A stretch of 64,000 nucleotides of DNA from Lytechinus pictus (Eukaryota), in the NCBI RefSeq assembly GCF_037042905.1, contig NC_087250.1, forward strand, positions 16,060,001 through 16,124,000. The letters are read 5' to 3'. The notes beneath the pieces were generated by a model, which made no database searches, was not told the DNA's origin, and was given only the letters and a program-made list of their open reading frames with translations. A program made the translations under genes and the position numbers. Shown here piece after piece: positions 52,905 to 64,000 of this stretch. Position 1 is the stretch's first letter; every line of letters starts with the position of its first letter.

Positions 52905-53198
52905 CATGGTTCCCAGCCCATCAGGGAAATCAGGGAAATTTCTTTTTCTTTTTACCAGTCACAGAAAAATCAAGGAATTTGATAAAAAAATACCAGACTC
53001 TGTTTTGTTGCATATAAAAACAACATCCATTGAATGACTGGTTATGGTATTTCTTTTAGTGTTTTTATTTTACAAGAAATTCACTGGAGCAACTTACATG
53101 AGAAACTGGGAATGTATTTAAATAATTATCAGGGAATTTTTAAACTTCATCAGGGAGAAATCAGGGAATTTTGTTTTCTTGAAAAGCTGGGAACCCTG
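52905..53198. mobile_element. CAGGG-type MITE
   Basis: gtgtat|catggttcccagc ... gctgggaaccctg|atgtat; atcaggga subrepeats. Confidence 0.6.
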
Positions 53199-53841
53199 AT
53201 GTATTTATATCAAACATGACCAGAAGAACATTCATTGTGTTATTGGAATATATGCCCTTTAAATTGTTTTCCCATTTGTACTGTGATATAGAAATAAGCC
53301 CTCCAATATGTACAAATGTAGATCTATAGAAAAGTGACATTGCCCTAAAATATCAAAATTTAGGGCCTGTTTCAGTGTACATTAGTTTGACCTAGGAAGG
53401 AAAGGTCAATATTGGGTGTATGAATCTAGTCATATTTTAGGTTGAATGTCAGTTGTAATTTGACTGGTAAAGTGAGAAGCACATTTCAAAATTTGCTGTT
53501 TAATTTCCAAATTTTTATGAATTTTGATTTTGAGATATATATACATACTATAAAAACACATGTATGCATTGATGAATGCAACTGGATTTGAACTAAATTG
53601 ACTGTACATAGAAAAATCATACATGTTCTTTGGCTCCCTGGAAAGAAAGTGTTGATTAAGAGAAGCTTCACTATTGTACAATTAGGTGAATCATCTTTTA
53701 TTTAGGTTTTTATGTCAAAATTTCATGAAGATTGACAAATCCTAAAATCCTGGAATATGCTATTTTATCCATGGTGGTGCTGTGTACCTCTGTGTACCTC
53801 TCATTATGGACCGGTGGACATCTTATTAAAAGCTACATGTA

Positions 53842-54351
53842 TGGTCGGGGGTCCTAAAGCTGCGCGGGTCCTAAAGCTACGCACCACTCATAGCGCATGC
53901 AGTTTTTATGGCAAATGTGTGTGGAACTGTGACTGCAGAGTGACTAACGATTCCTAATCAATTTTTTCTACAGAGGTTGCAGTAAATCTCTAAATGCAGA
54001 GAAAACAAACAACTATTTGGATTTTTGGAGTTATATTCACTTTAATTTCATTTTATCCTATAATAATGTGAATATATTTTAGAAATTGAGGCACAGGAAA
54101 TACTATTTTTTTGCAAGATAAATCGAGTGCGTAGCTTTAGGACCCCTTCTACATCGGGCGGCGAAATCAAGAGGTGTTCGGAAAACACGGCGGGATTTTC
54201 GTGTTAGTGAGTTTCGCGATATTTTCTTCTTGGTTAATGATCTTTATAATGTTTGCCACAAATTAGTGAAAGATAATTTGTTGAAATATTAAAATTGGGA
54301 TAGTTTTTGTTGTTTGAAAACAGAGTGCGTAGCTTTAGGTCCCCCCATCAT
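53842..54351. mobile_element. MITE nested in an older element (~53825-54748; a related copy lies at ~61293-61707)
   Basis: tggtcgggggtcctaaagctgcgc ... gcgtagctttaggtcccccccatca. The downstream sequence agtagttgcag...gttaccacaactgg is homologous to 61305-61700. Confidence 0.6.
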
Positions 54352-55191
54352 AGTAGTTGCAGTAAAACACTGATTTCATGAGAAAGCCTGTAAAACCAAT
54401 AAGTATTACTATATCATCGTGGATCTAGATCTGGTACAGTTACATAAACTGAACTTTGTGAAATCATAAAATCTAAGCTGAAAAACAATCACACTGAAGA
54501 TCGCCAACACAGATAGGCACATGTGGGACAGTGTACATGTATATTATTATTGCTGGAATAAAAACCCCATCAGAAGTTCCAGAATCCGCGCTTATTTTGC
54601 TTATTTCTCAGCAATTACACAATTTCTTCCAGAATCCTTGGCTTTAGCACATATTTTTGTTTCATACAAACAGGCACTTGGATGGTCATTATATTGGATT
54701 CTGTAAAAAATCATTTTGAGATCGTTACCACAACTGGCATTATCTTTAAGATTTTATTATTTGTTTTACTCAATTTGAATTTACTGTACAGTTTACATGT
54801 ATATGATACAGGGTTCACCTATTTCTAGCAAGCAATGTGTTACATTCAGTTCAGTGATCATGGTAGAACATACATGAGGGTGACGGGGGATATCGCCCCC
54901 AAGACAGCCAGAATTGCCCCTAAAATCCCCCCTCCCCTTAAAGCATACTTTATCAAAAACTGCAAGATCTGTCACAAACAATATTCAAATCATAATAGAA
55001 AATCAGTATTCTAACTATGCCAGAATGATGGTATTTGCTTTTACTGCATTAATTGCTTGTTACCCCTAAAAGTAGCCCTTAAAATGAAAAAAAAGAAAGA
55101 AATTACCCCCAAAATTTCTGTGAGTCGTTCCAATATAGAGACAAAATTCCAGGGCTATGAAATTAAATTTTCTACAGTGTATCCTGTTTAA

Positions 55192-55801
55192 AGGTCAAGT
55201 CCACCCCAGAAAATTGTTGATTTGAATCGATAGAGAAAAATCAAACAGAATAATGCTGCAAATTTCATCGAAATTGGATGTAAAATGAGAAAGTTATGAC
55301 ATTTTAAAGTTTCGCTTATTTTTCACAAAACAGTTCAATGTGCACAACTCAGCGATATATGCAAATGAGAGAGTCGATGATGTCCATCACTCACTATTTC
55401 TTTTGTTTTTTATTGTTTGAATAATACAATATTACAATTTTTACAAATTTGACAATAAGGATTAACTTAACTTTAACCATAAACTGTTAAAATAATGGTA
55501 ATTCCACATGTTCAGGGAGAAATAAAACTTTGTATCACTTGACAAGGAGGAGAAAATTAGGATATAAATTTATATTTCATATAATAAAATACAAAAGAAA
55601 TAGTGAGTGGGTGACGTCATCAGTCTGCCAATCTGCATACCGACCAGGATGTGCATATAATAACTGATGAAGTTAAGCGAAACTTTAAAATGTCATAACT
55701 GTCTTATTTTACATCCGATTTTGATGAAATTTTCAGTGTTTTGCTTGTTGGATTTTTCTCCTTTTTTTCAAATCAACTTTTTGTTGGGGTGGACTTGTCC
55801 T
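55192..55801. mobile_element. TTAA-TSD MITE (Kolobok/piggyBac-like), kinesin intron
   Basis: TTAA|aggtcaagtccacccc ... ggggtggacttgtcct|TTAA. Confidence 0.8.
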
Positions 55802-56551
55802 TTAATATAGTATGTATGTCATGTCTGTGAAGCAAAAACCAAGAATACCACATGGAAGAAACGAAGAACATGGAGGCCGACGCAATGTCGTCATAGAATC
55901 GTGATAGAAATTTTTTTTCGAAAGTGATCGACGCAGAACGTCTTTCCAAACACCCCCTTTTCCGTGTTTCATGTTTCCATGATCCTGCAGAAATGTCTTT
56001 AAACGTGTTTCATATCATTTTTCTAGGGAAAAAAAGTGGTGTATGGACGCACCCTTGGATGAATTTCAGTGTGTCTGTACATTAATTTCATTCTATGAAA
56101 CTTGTTTGAACTCTCCCTGTAATAATTACTCACTGCTACATGATTGATGTGTGAACATACACTAGAGCTGATTGATATTGAGATTTGCTCAGTCTACCAA
56201 TCGTCTCATTATGTCACAAATGTACAGTGTACTTCATATAATGAGAGATACAATGAGAGAGAGAGAGAGAGTGAGAGGGAGGAGGCGGGGAGGGGGTTAA
56301 AGTGAAAATCCAAAATCCAATGTTTAATGACCCAAATTAAAGGGGAAGTTCACCCTGAGGACAAGTTTGTGTTAATAAGGGCATAAAAAATATTAATGAT
56401 AATGTATCAAGATGAATATTGGTGATGGTTAGATGGAATAAAGAGAGATAATGAAATTTTAAAGATTTAAATTTGTGACATGATAATGCGAGTAGCTCCC
56501 CATATACAGTACATGTACTGTACAGCTGCTGTACCAACTACATGTACCATG

Positions 56552-57127
56552 CCCGGAGGGCCACTTACATTGACGAGTGGATACCATGCGCGACCAAAAA
56601 ACAAGTAAAAATTATGTCTTTTTCAAGATAGGGCGTGTTACACACAGGTACGTAACGTAATAAGGGTGTAAAAACACTAAAATAATGAAAAAAGGGTATC
56701 TATTTCGCTACCTAAGCTACTTGTTTAGGGTCAAATTTTCGGGGGTTTAAAAAAATTAAAATGTTTTATAGAGGTACTTTTTGCAACATCAGTCAAAACT
56801 ACGTGTTCGGAGTATCGGCTTTGCGCGAGGTGTGGGAGGTGGGCCGTACTTGACCCAATTATGTAGGTAAAAGTAAAGCCGACGACCGATGTCCGTGACA
56901 TGACAATTAAAATATCGCTGTACTTTAATAGGGTTCAATTCAGGGAATACTTGCCAAGAGTATTGTTTTGTTTCCAATACTTGTGAAGGGTAGGGTTTCA
57001 CACGTCAATACTTTAGGGGTGCATTTTCAGGATATGGAAAATACTTGTTTAGGGTGCTTTTTGAGACCCCATGGTCGCGCATGGTATCCACCCGTAAATG
57101 GAAGTGGCCTACCCCCCCCCCCCACGG
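56552..57127. mobile_element. MITE with ~45-bp TIRs
   Basis: ggccacttacattgacgagtggataccatgcgcgacca ... tggtcgcgcatggtatccacccgtaaatggaagtggcc; taccatg on both flanks. Confidence 0.7.
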
Positions 57128-57254
57128 CTACCATGTAACATACATGTACAATTCATATCACTTTTTTGTTTGAACAAGTATGAGAAATCTTTTTAAAGGA
57201 GGGGGTATTGGAATGATGTGTCTGATCATGGACCTACTAGGTCTCTGATGATAT

Positions 57255-57490
57255 CCAACACTACAGTATATAATACCGAGGTTGTTATACCGAGGTTGTT
57301 TTACCTGACTGCTAAAAAAGCATGAATGCCTGTGAGCAAGCAACCAGGGGACCAACGGCTTAAGGTCCTCTCAGAGGGACCTGGTAATGAGGATAAATGC
57401 CTTACCAAAGGGCAATAGCGCACCACTTGGGAATCGAACCCGGGTCACCGGAATCCGAAACCCCCGCTCTACCGACTGAGCTATCGCGCC
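57255..57490 (-). mobile_element. tRNA-derived SINE, family 1
   Basis: Minus strand: GGCGCGATAGCTCAGTCGGTAGAGC (A box) ... GGTTCGATTCCC (B box). The acceptor stem does not close and the sequence continues into a SINE body shared with the 14.3-kb copy. Confidence 0.8.
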
Positions 57491-59148
57491 TTCCTAATCA
57501 CTTTCATTTTTTTTTTAAATTGGCATTTTGGGGAATTTATATCGCACAACATATGGAAGAGCAGCCCATCCGTGACATCAAATCAAAATTGTAAAAAAAG
57601 GTCAATTTTCCCCAACCCATTTTCACCAAACCTTCACCGACATTTTTGTCTAATTTTTTCTGCTTTTGTTAAAATCAACTTTCACCAGAACAAACGTCCT
57701 ACAAAAATGATTTAGATAATTATAAGGTTTTGAAGCAGTTAGGACTATGATCCAATATATTTGTCTCTTCATTTTCCAACCTGAATTCATGTCGAAAGAG
57801 CTAGGCCAACACAGTGAATATTAATAGCCTCATCAAATAATGATCGCCTAATGTACACCCCCATAGCACGTACATGTATATATTGTAGTACATGTATGCA
57901 ACGATGACCCATATCATAGCAGTAAATGTATATTTATAGGCCTTCAAGGACTGATAACCACGAACCAAAACATGCCCCCCTCTTGATTTTGAGCTTGAAC
58001 GCATCCCATCACATCCCAGCTGATAGCAGCGCTGTATTAAAGTGTAATCATAGCAAGCGTGTGTGTATAAGGTATGACTCACGAAGAAATGCGGGGCCAG
58101 AAAACCCATTAAACTCAGAATATTAACCAGCCGGTAAATTAACCTTCCAAACGAAAAAAAAATGTAGGGCAATGAATACCAAGATGAAGAACGGATGTGG
58201 GGGGTTTTGGCTGCAGGGGAAAAGATGAAGAGATTTATTGATGGAGAAAGATGAGTAATATTTCGGATTGAATTTGTTTTTGGGAAGATGATACAAAAGG
58301 TCTCAATATGAGATGGAAGTGAAGAAACTGTGTCAGACTTTCATAAACATCATGTTGATTAATATACATGTACAGTGTATAAAACAAAATACTGAGTCAC
58401 TGCATTCACTTCACTTGTAGTGTACAGCTGTACATGTATGCATGTTTTTTAATTGAATAGAATTGAATCCATTTATTTCCATTAAATACAAACAAACATG
58501 CAAAATCAAGTATATTACAAACATTATAATATTATAGTATAAAAATGATACATTATGATTATACAAATGACATATAATGTACTTTTAAAAATAAATGCTG
58601 AATAGTTCGTTTTACGTATTATTAGGAAAATTGGATGCCCATGGAAGCAGTATGCTTGTAGGGTTGGGTCACCCAGAAAATATATGAATCAGTAAATGAT
58701 AGAATACATAATACAGTTAACAGATAAAACTTTATCAACGATAATGCTATAAAAACTTTAAAACTAATAACCCGACCCACCCACCCACCATGCATGTACA
58801 TGTATACATATAAAAGAAGAGTTATTTAATAAGCTTATTTAAAGTTTATTTTATTATACAGTGTAAGTTTCTTTATAATTTGTTTGTTTATCATTGTAGA
58901 GACTTTATTGGTATTTCATGCTTCATAACAAAATGATATGAAATGAAGTAAAAAAGAAAGCATATGCTGTAACATTTATTCACCAAAATTTATTAGAATT
59001 ATATACTGGTTAGAGTAACATGCAATACATCTTATGGTTCCATGACATTTGATCCGGCGACAATTGCTCTGCTGTGAATTCCACACACAAATGTCATTTA
59101 AAAAAATTGAAAGATAATTTTACTGTACCTTCAGTATATCAACAAATT

Positions 59149-60822
59149 ATTTCACACCCGCTCCTAAAATAAGAAACAAAATTTAGTTATTATCATGGAC
59201 CATAAAAAATTGAAATCAGGCTTTTTATATTAAATAAAGGGCAGCTGGTTGTCTATATGACGTCACAAATAAAAATATTTACATTGTTATAACTTTCTTA
59301 ATCTTTGATGGATTTTCCTCAAACCTTTGCCATATTTTAAAATGATTTTTTCTGCTATTTTTACAATAAACTTGTCAGGGTGAACTTTCTCTTTAATTCC
59401 TTGTGAAGTGTGACCCCCCCCCTCCTGGTTTGCTCTGGCCATGGTTGTAGTAGGTCCATGCTCTGGTAGGCAGCTTAGAGATGAAGATGAGGGATTAAGG
59501 AGAGGAAAATTACATTCTATAAATAATTATTCTCAATCCTTTCATCTGTCTGTATGTACATTTCACACCCGCTCCTAGAAGAAAAAACAAAATTTAGTTA
59601 TTATCATGGACCATAAAAAATTGAAATCAGGCTTTTTATATTAAATAAACTAATAAAGGGCAGCTGCTTGTCTATATGACGTCACAAATCAAAATATTGA
59701 CATTGTTATAACTTCCTCAATATTTGATGGATTTTCCTCAAACCTTCGCCATGTTTTAAAATAATTTTTTCTGCTATTTTTACAATAAACTTGTTGTCAG
59801 GGTGAACTTTCTCTTTAATTCCTTGTGAAGTGTGACCCCCCCCCTCTCCTGGTTTGCTCTGGCCATGGTTGTAGTAGGTCCATGCTCTGGCAGGCAGCTT
59901 AGAGATGAAGATGAGGGATCAAGGAGAGGAAAATTACATTCTATAAATAATTATTCTCAATCCTTTCATCTGTCTGTATGTACATTTCACACCCGCTCCT
60001 AGAAGAAAAAACAAAATTTAGTTATTATCATGGACCATAAAAAATTGAAATCAGGCTTTTTATATTAAATAAAGGGCAGCTGGTTGTCTATATGACGTCA
60101 CAAATCAAAATATTGACATTGTAATAACTTCCTTAATCTTTGATGGATTTTCCTCAAACCTTCGCCATATTTTAAAATTATTTTTTCTGCTATTTTTACA
60201 ATAAACTTGTTGTCAGGGTGAACTTTCTCTTTAATTCCTTGTGAAGTGTGACCCCCCCCCCCTCCTGGTTTGCTCTGGCCATGGTTGTAGTAGGTCCATG
60301 CTCTGGTAGGCAGCTTAGAGATGAAGATGAGGGATTAAGGAGAGGAAAATTACATTCTATAAATAATTATTCTCAATCCTTTCATCTGTCTGTATGTACA
60401 TTTCACACCCGCTCCTAGAAGAAAAAACAAAATTTAGTTATTATCATGGACCATAAAAAATTGAAATCAGGCTTTTTATATTAAATAAACTAATAAAGGG
60501 CAGCTGCTTGTCTATATGACGTCACAAATCAAAATATTGACATTGTTATAACTTCCTCAATATTTGATGGATTTTCCTCAAACCTTCGCCATGTTTTAAA
60601 ATAATTTTTTCTGCTATTTTTACAATAAACTTGTTGTCAGGGTGAACTTTCTCTTTAATTCTTTGTGAAGTATGACCCCCCTCTCCTGGTTTGCTCTGGC
60701 CATGGTTGTAGTAGGTCCATGCTCTGGTAGGCAGCTTAGAGATGAAGATGAGGGATTATGGAGAGGAAAATTACATTCTATAAATAATTCTTCTCAATCC
60801 TTTCATCTGTCTGTACGTACAT
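59149..60822. repeat. Intronic tandem array, 4 units of ~411-424 bp
   Basis: The unit-start motif ttcacacccgctcct recurs at 59151, 59562, 59986 and 60402. Confidence 0.95.
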
Positions 60823-61804
60823 GTATGCAGCCTGATTATTCATCTATTGGCTCTTTCAGCAACTGATGCTATTCTCCCCAGAGGCCCTGAAAAATAATAG
60901 AAATGGGAAAAATATGAGATCCTGCACATGTAAGATTGATCATTATCAGTATTAAATCTTTTGCTTATCATCAAAAACATGCGAAATGGACATACATGTT
61001 TATGATTGAATATTAGACAAATAAAGGAATGTTCATGAGTAAATGGAATACGTTCTCATACATACATATGATGTTATGTAGTATGATGAATAATTACTCT
61101 ATTTTATAAATAATACTAAAAATGTATGCATATATATGAACAATAAAAAGAAGAGCAAAAATATGTAAGTCCCCAGACCAGGGGAAAAAAATCACACACG
61201 GATTCTGGTAGATTTCACATCCAAAATGCTCCAAAGAGCCCTGGCAAATGTAAAAAGAGACCTGACAGTCCCAGTCCCTGCAATGTAAAAGGTTAAAGAA
61301 AGTACTGTAGTTGCAGCCAACAATTATTTCATGAGAAAGTCTTTAAAATCAATGTTAATTGCTACAATATGAGAGATCTAGATCTCGTACATTGAAATAT
61401 CACTTTACATTGTATCTTTGTGAAATCATGAAATTTTAGTTGAAAACCAATTCTAGTTTAATATCACTGACACAAAGAGGCATACATACGTGTATGTGGG
61501 ACAGTGTATTGATATTGTTTGGAAAAAGTACCTGACATTTTATGGAATTCCTTATTTCGCTCATCTCTCAGCAATTACACATATTTTCCCACAGTCACTT
61601 GCCACATACATGTATTTTTTTTATTTTTCCATAATTAGGCAATCTTTGGTGGTCATTGTATTCTGCTCCAACTTATTTTGAGACCGTTACCACAACTGGT
61701 ATTTATAATAATGGGAAAAGGAGAGTTTTTCCATTTGTGTTTGTGGTACTAAAAGACCCAGGTTCGTACTGCAGGATGGTATTGAAAAAGGCAAGAGTGC
61801 CTGT

Positions 61805-62360
61805 TACACTTTTCAACCAAACTTGGATTGTAGATGTACTTTACAGGGGACCTGCATGTTATGCTGCAGTCGCAGGTCACATGGTAAGGTCAAAGGTCAT
61901 TTTGAGGTCAGGGTTAAAGTTTACATGCAAGACTCTTATGATACATAGCTCCACATCCGTAAGTCACTTTTCAACCAAACTTGGATTGTAGATGTACTTT
62001 ATAGGGGACCTGCATGTTATGCTGCAGTCGCAGGTCACATGGTAAGGTCAAAGGTCATTTTGAGGTCAGGGTTAAAGTTTACGTTCAGGTCAATGTTAGA
62101 GTTTAGGTGCAAGACTGTATGACACATAACTCCGCAACCACAAGTCACGTTCCAGCCAAAACTTGGGTTGTAGATATACAGTGTACTTAGGAGACCTGCA
62201 TGTTATGATGCAGTTGGAGGTCACATGGTAAAGTTCAAAGGTCATTTTGAGGTCAAAGTTAAAGTTTACATGCAAGACTCTCTTATGACACATAACTCTG
62301 CAATCGTAAGTCACTTTTCATCCAAACTTGGGTTTTAGATGTAATAGTAGACCTGCATGT
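61805..62360 (+). repeat. ~160-bp tandem subrepeats containing AGGTCAAAGGTCA (probable core of a related HINE family)
   Basis: Three to four copies of cacttttcaaccaaacttgg...gacctgcatgttatg...ggtaaggtcaaaggtcattttgaggtca. The first two copies are near-identical. Confidence 0.7.
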
Positions 62361-62480
62361 GAATATTGTGTAGTCTTTTCAGTTCAAAACAGAAAGACCT
62401 TTACAATGAAACAAAGATCATATTAAAAAAAATAGTCTGTATTCCTTTAAATAATCGTTTGTTTTCTCCTATCTTTTCAG

Positions 62481-62605
62481 TTCTAAACAGATAGACCTTT
62501 ACGATGAGACGTTTAGATCATTAGTTGAGTCTGTGCTACAAGGATTCAATGGAACTATATTTGCTTATGGGCAAACAGGAACCGGCAAGACATTCACGAT
62601 GGAAG
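62481..62605 (+). CDS. KRP95: Kinesin-II 95 kDa subunit, P-loop exon; the gene continues beyond the window
   Basis: cttttcag|T TCT...: [41 protein letters not shown](G)|gtaaag. Contains Walker A GQTGTGKT and its phase matches the preceding exon. Confidence 0.95.
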
Positions 62606-62951
62606 GTAAAGATATGGGTTAAGTCTCACAAAGAGCTGTAATTGATCCAATCAAACTTTAAAATGGCCCGTTTTCTCAATAGAGGTTTCATTTGTACATG
62701 TACTGGTTCCATGACATTTGCTCCGATGGAAAATCTGCATGTTATTATAAAAGCGAAATATAAAACCTAACCTCCAAAACTAAATAAACCCCAATTCTTA
62801 TCTTTACATTATTCTGAACAAAAAACTCTATTACAATCCTAACTCTAATCCTATCCCTCAAAGATAATAAGACAGATCCCTCAAAGATAATAAGACAGGA
62901 GCAAATGTCGTGTCACCTTTGTACTATGGTACAAAACCATAGACTATCCAG

Positions 62952-63833
62952 TTTTTGTCTCACCTGCATAGCAGATTGAGACTATAGGCACCGCTTTTCC
63001 GACGGCGGCGGCGGCGGCGGCGACAGCGGCGTCGACACCAAATCGTAACCTAAGGTTAAGTTTTTGAAATGACAGCATAACTTAGAAGGTATATGGACCT
63101 AGTTCATGAAACTTGGCCATACAGTGTAAGGTTAATCAAGTATTACTTAACATCCTGTCTGAGATTCAGGTCACATGACCAAGGTCAAAGGTCATTTAGG
63201 GTCAATGAACTTAGACCATGTTGGGGGAATCAACATACAAAACTAACCTAAGGTTAAGTTTTTGAAATGTCATCATAACTTAGAAAATATATAGACCTAG
63301 TTCGTGAAACTTAGACATAAGATTAATCAAGTATTACTGAACATCCTGCTTGAGTTTCACGTCACATGACCAAGGTCAAAGGTCATTTAGGTTCAATGAA
63401 CTTTGGCCAAATTGGGGTACCTGTTGAATTACCATCATAACTTTGAAAGTTTATGGATATGATTCATGAAACTTGGACATAAGAGTAATCAAGTATCACT
63501 GAACATCCTGTGCAAGTTACAGGTCACATGATTAAGGTCAAAGGTCATTTAAGGTCAATGAACTTTGGCCAAGTTGGGGGTAATTATTAGATTGCTGTCA
63601 TAATTTTCAAAGTTTATAGATATAGTGTATAAAATGTGGATATAGGGGTAATCAAGTTTCACTGACAAGTTTTAGGTCACATGATCAAGGTCAAATGTCG
63701 ATGAACGTAGTATTGTATCATTATATGAATGGTGTTTTTGTGAATAATGATTTGATAGTAGTTTTTAAAGTCAGCACTGCTGCTATATTGAATCGCGTGA
63801 TGCAGGTGAGACCGCCAGAGGCATTCCACTTGT
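62952..63833 (+). mobile_element. HINE/DINE-1-like element, copy 3 (kinesin intron)
   Basis: tttttGTCTCACCTGCAT...(GGC)n...tandem repeats...ATGCAGGTGAGACcgccagaggcattccaCTTGTtt; the reverse complement of copy 1. Confidence 0.82.
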
Positions 63834-64000
63834 TTATTATAGCGCTTCATTGAGACACCCTTTGTTAAAATACCTATTTTTAATTGGACTTTTCTCAGTG
63901 TATAAATAAGCATAATTGTGTACTGTTCAGATATACGATGGTGCAATTGAAACCTTTTGAGAATACACTAGGCTTGTGGTTTGTATTTTGTTGGCCTGCT

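Noticed and set aside
57415..57490. tRNA gene
   Set aside because: It has A and B boxes, but the acceptor stem does not pair and the sequence continues into a body shared with another copy, so it is a SINE head.
59149..60822. Regular repeats that might suggest a CRISPR array
   Set aside because: The units are ~420 bp and near-identical end to end, with no unique spacers and no cas genes, in a eukaryotic intron.

Overview
Eukaryotic, AT-rich, repeat-dense genomic DNA, most likely from a sea urchin: the kinesin exons match echinoid KRP95 as I recall it. Two intron-containing genes diverge from the window centre. On the minus strand is an SLC16/monocarboxylate-transporter-like MFS gene (coding exons 6124-5926, 2567-2427 and 982-<1, running off the left edge). 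On the plus strand is the kinesin-II subunit KRP95/KIF3B (ATG at 49719, exons 50187-50377 and 62481-62605, continuing past the right edge), with an RFX X-box promoter near 47.5 kb. Between them lies a sequence-variant but structurally intact U6 snRNA gene with a correctly spaced TATA box (42014-41905, minus). The rest is mostly non-autonomous mobile DNA: Helentron-associated HINE/DINE-1-like elements, TTAA-, TAA- and 2-bp-TSD MITEs, a long-TIR foldback element interrupted by a young 5'-truncated CR1/L2-type LINE, tRNA-derived SINEs, and an intronic ~420-bp tandem array. The most unusual signals are: (1) two TA-NNNN-TA palindromic octamers that look like transposon excision footprints and are spatially partitioned (TACATGTA in the kinesin gene body, TAGGCCTA outside it); (2) the variant U6; (3) the kinesin promoter enclosed by inverted repeats; (4) a decayed duplicate of a kinesin splice acceptor; (5) DR1 nuclear-receptor motif arrays carried by the HINE elements. 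No database searches were possible, so family assignments are from motif recognition only.
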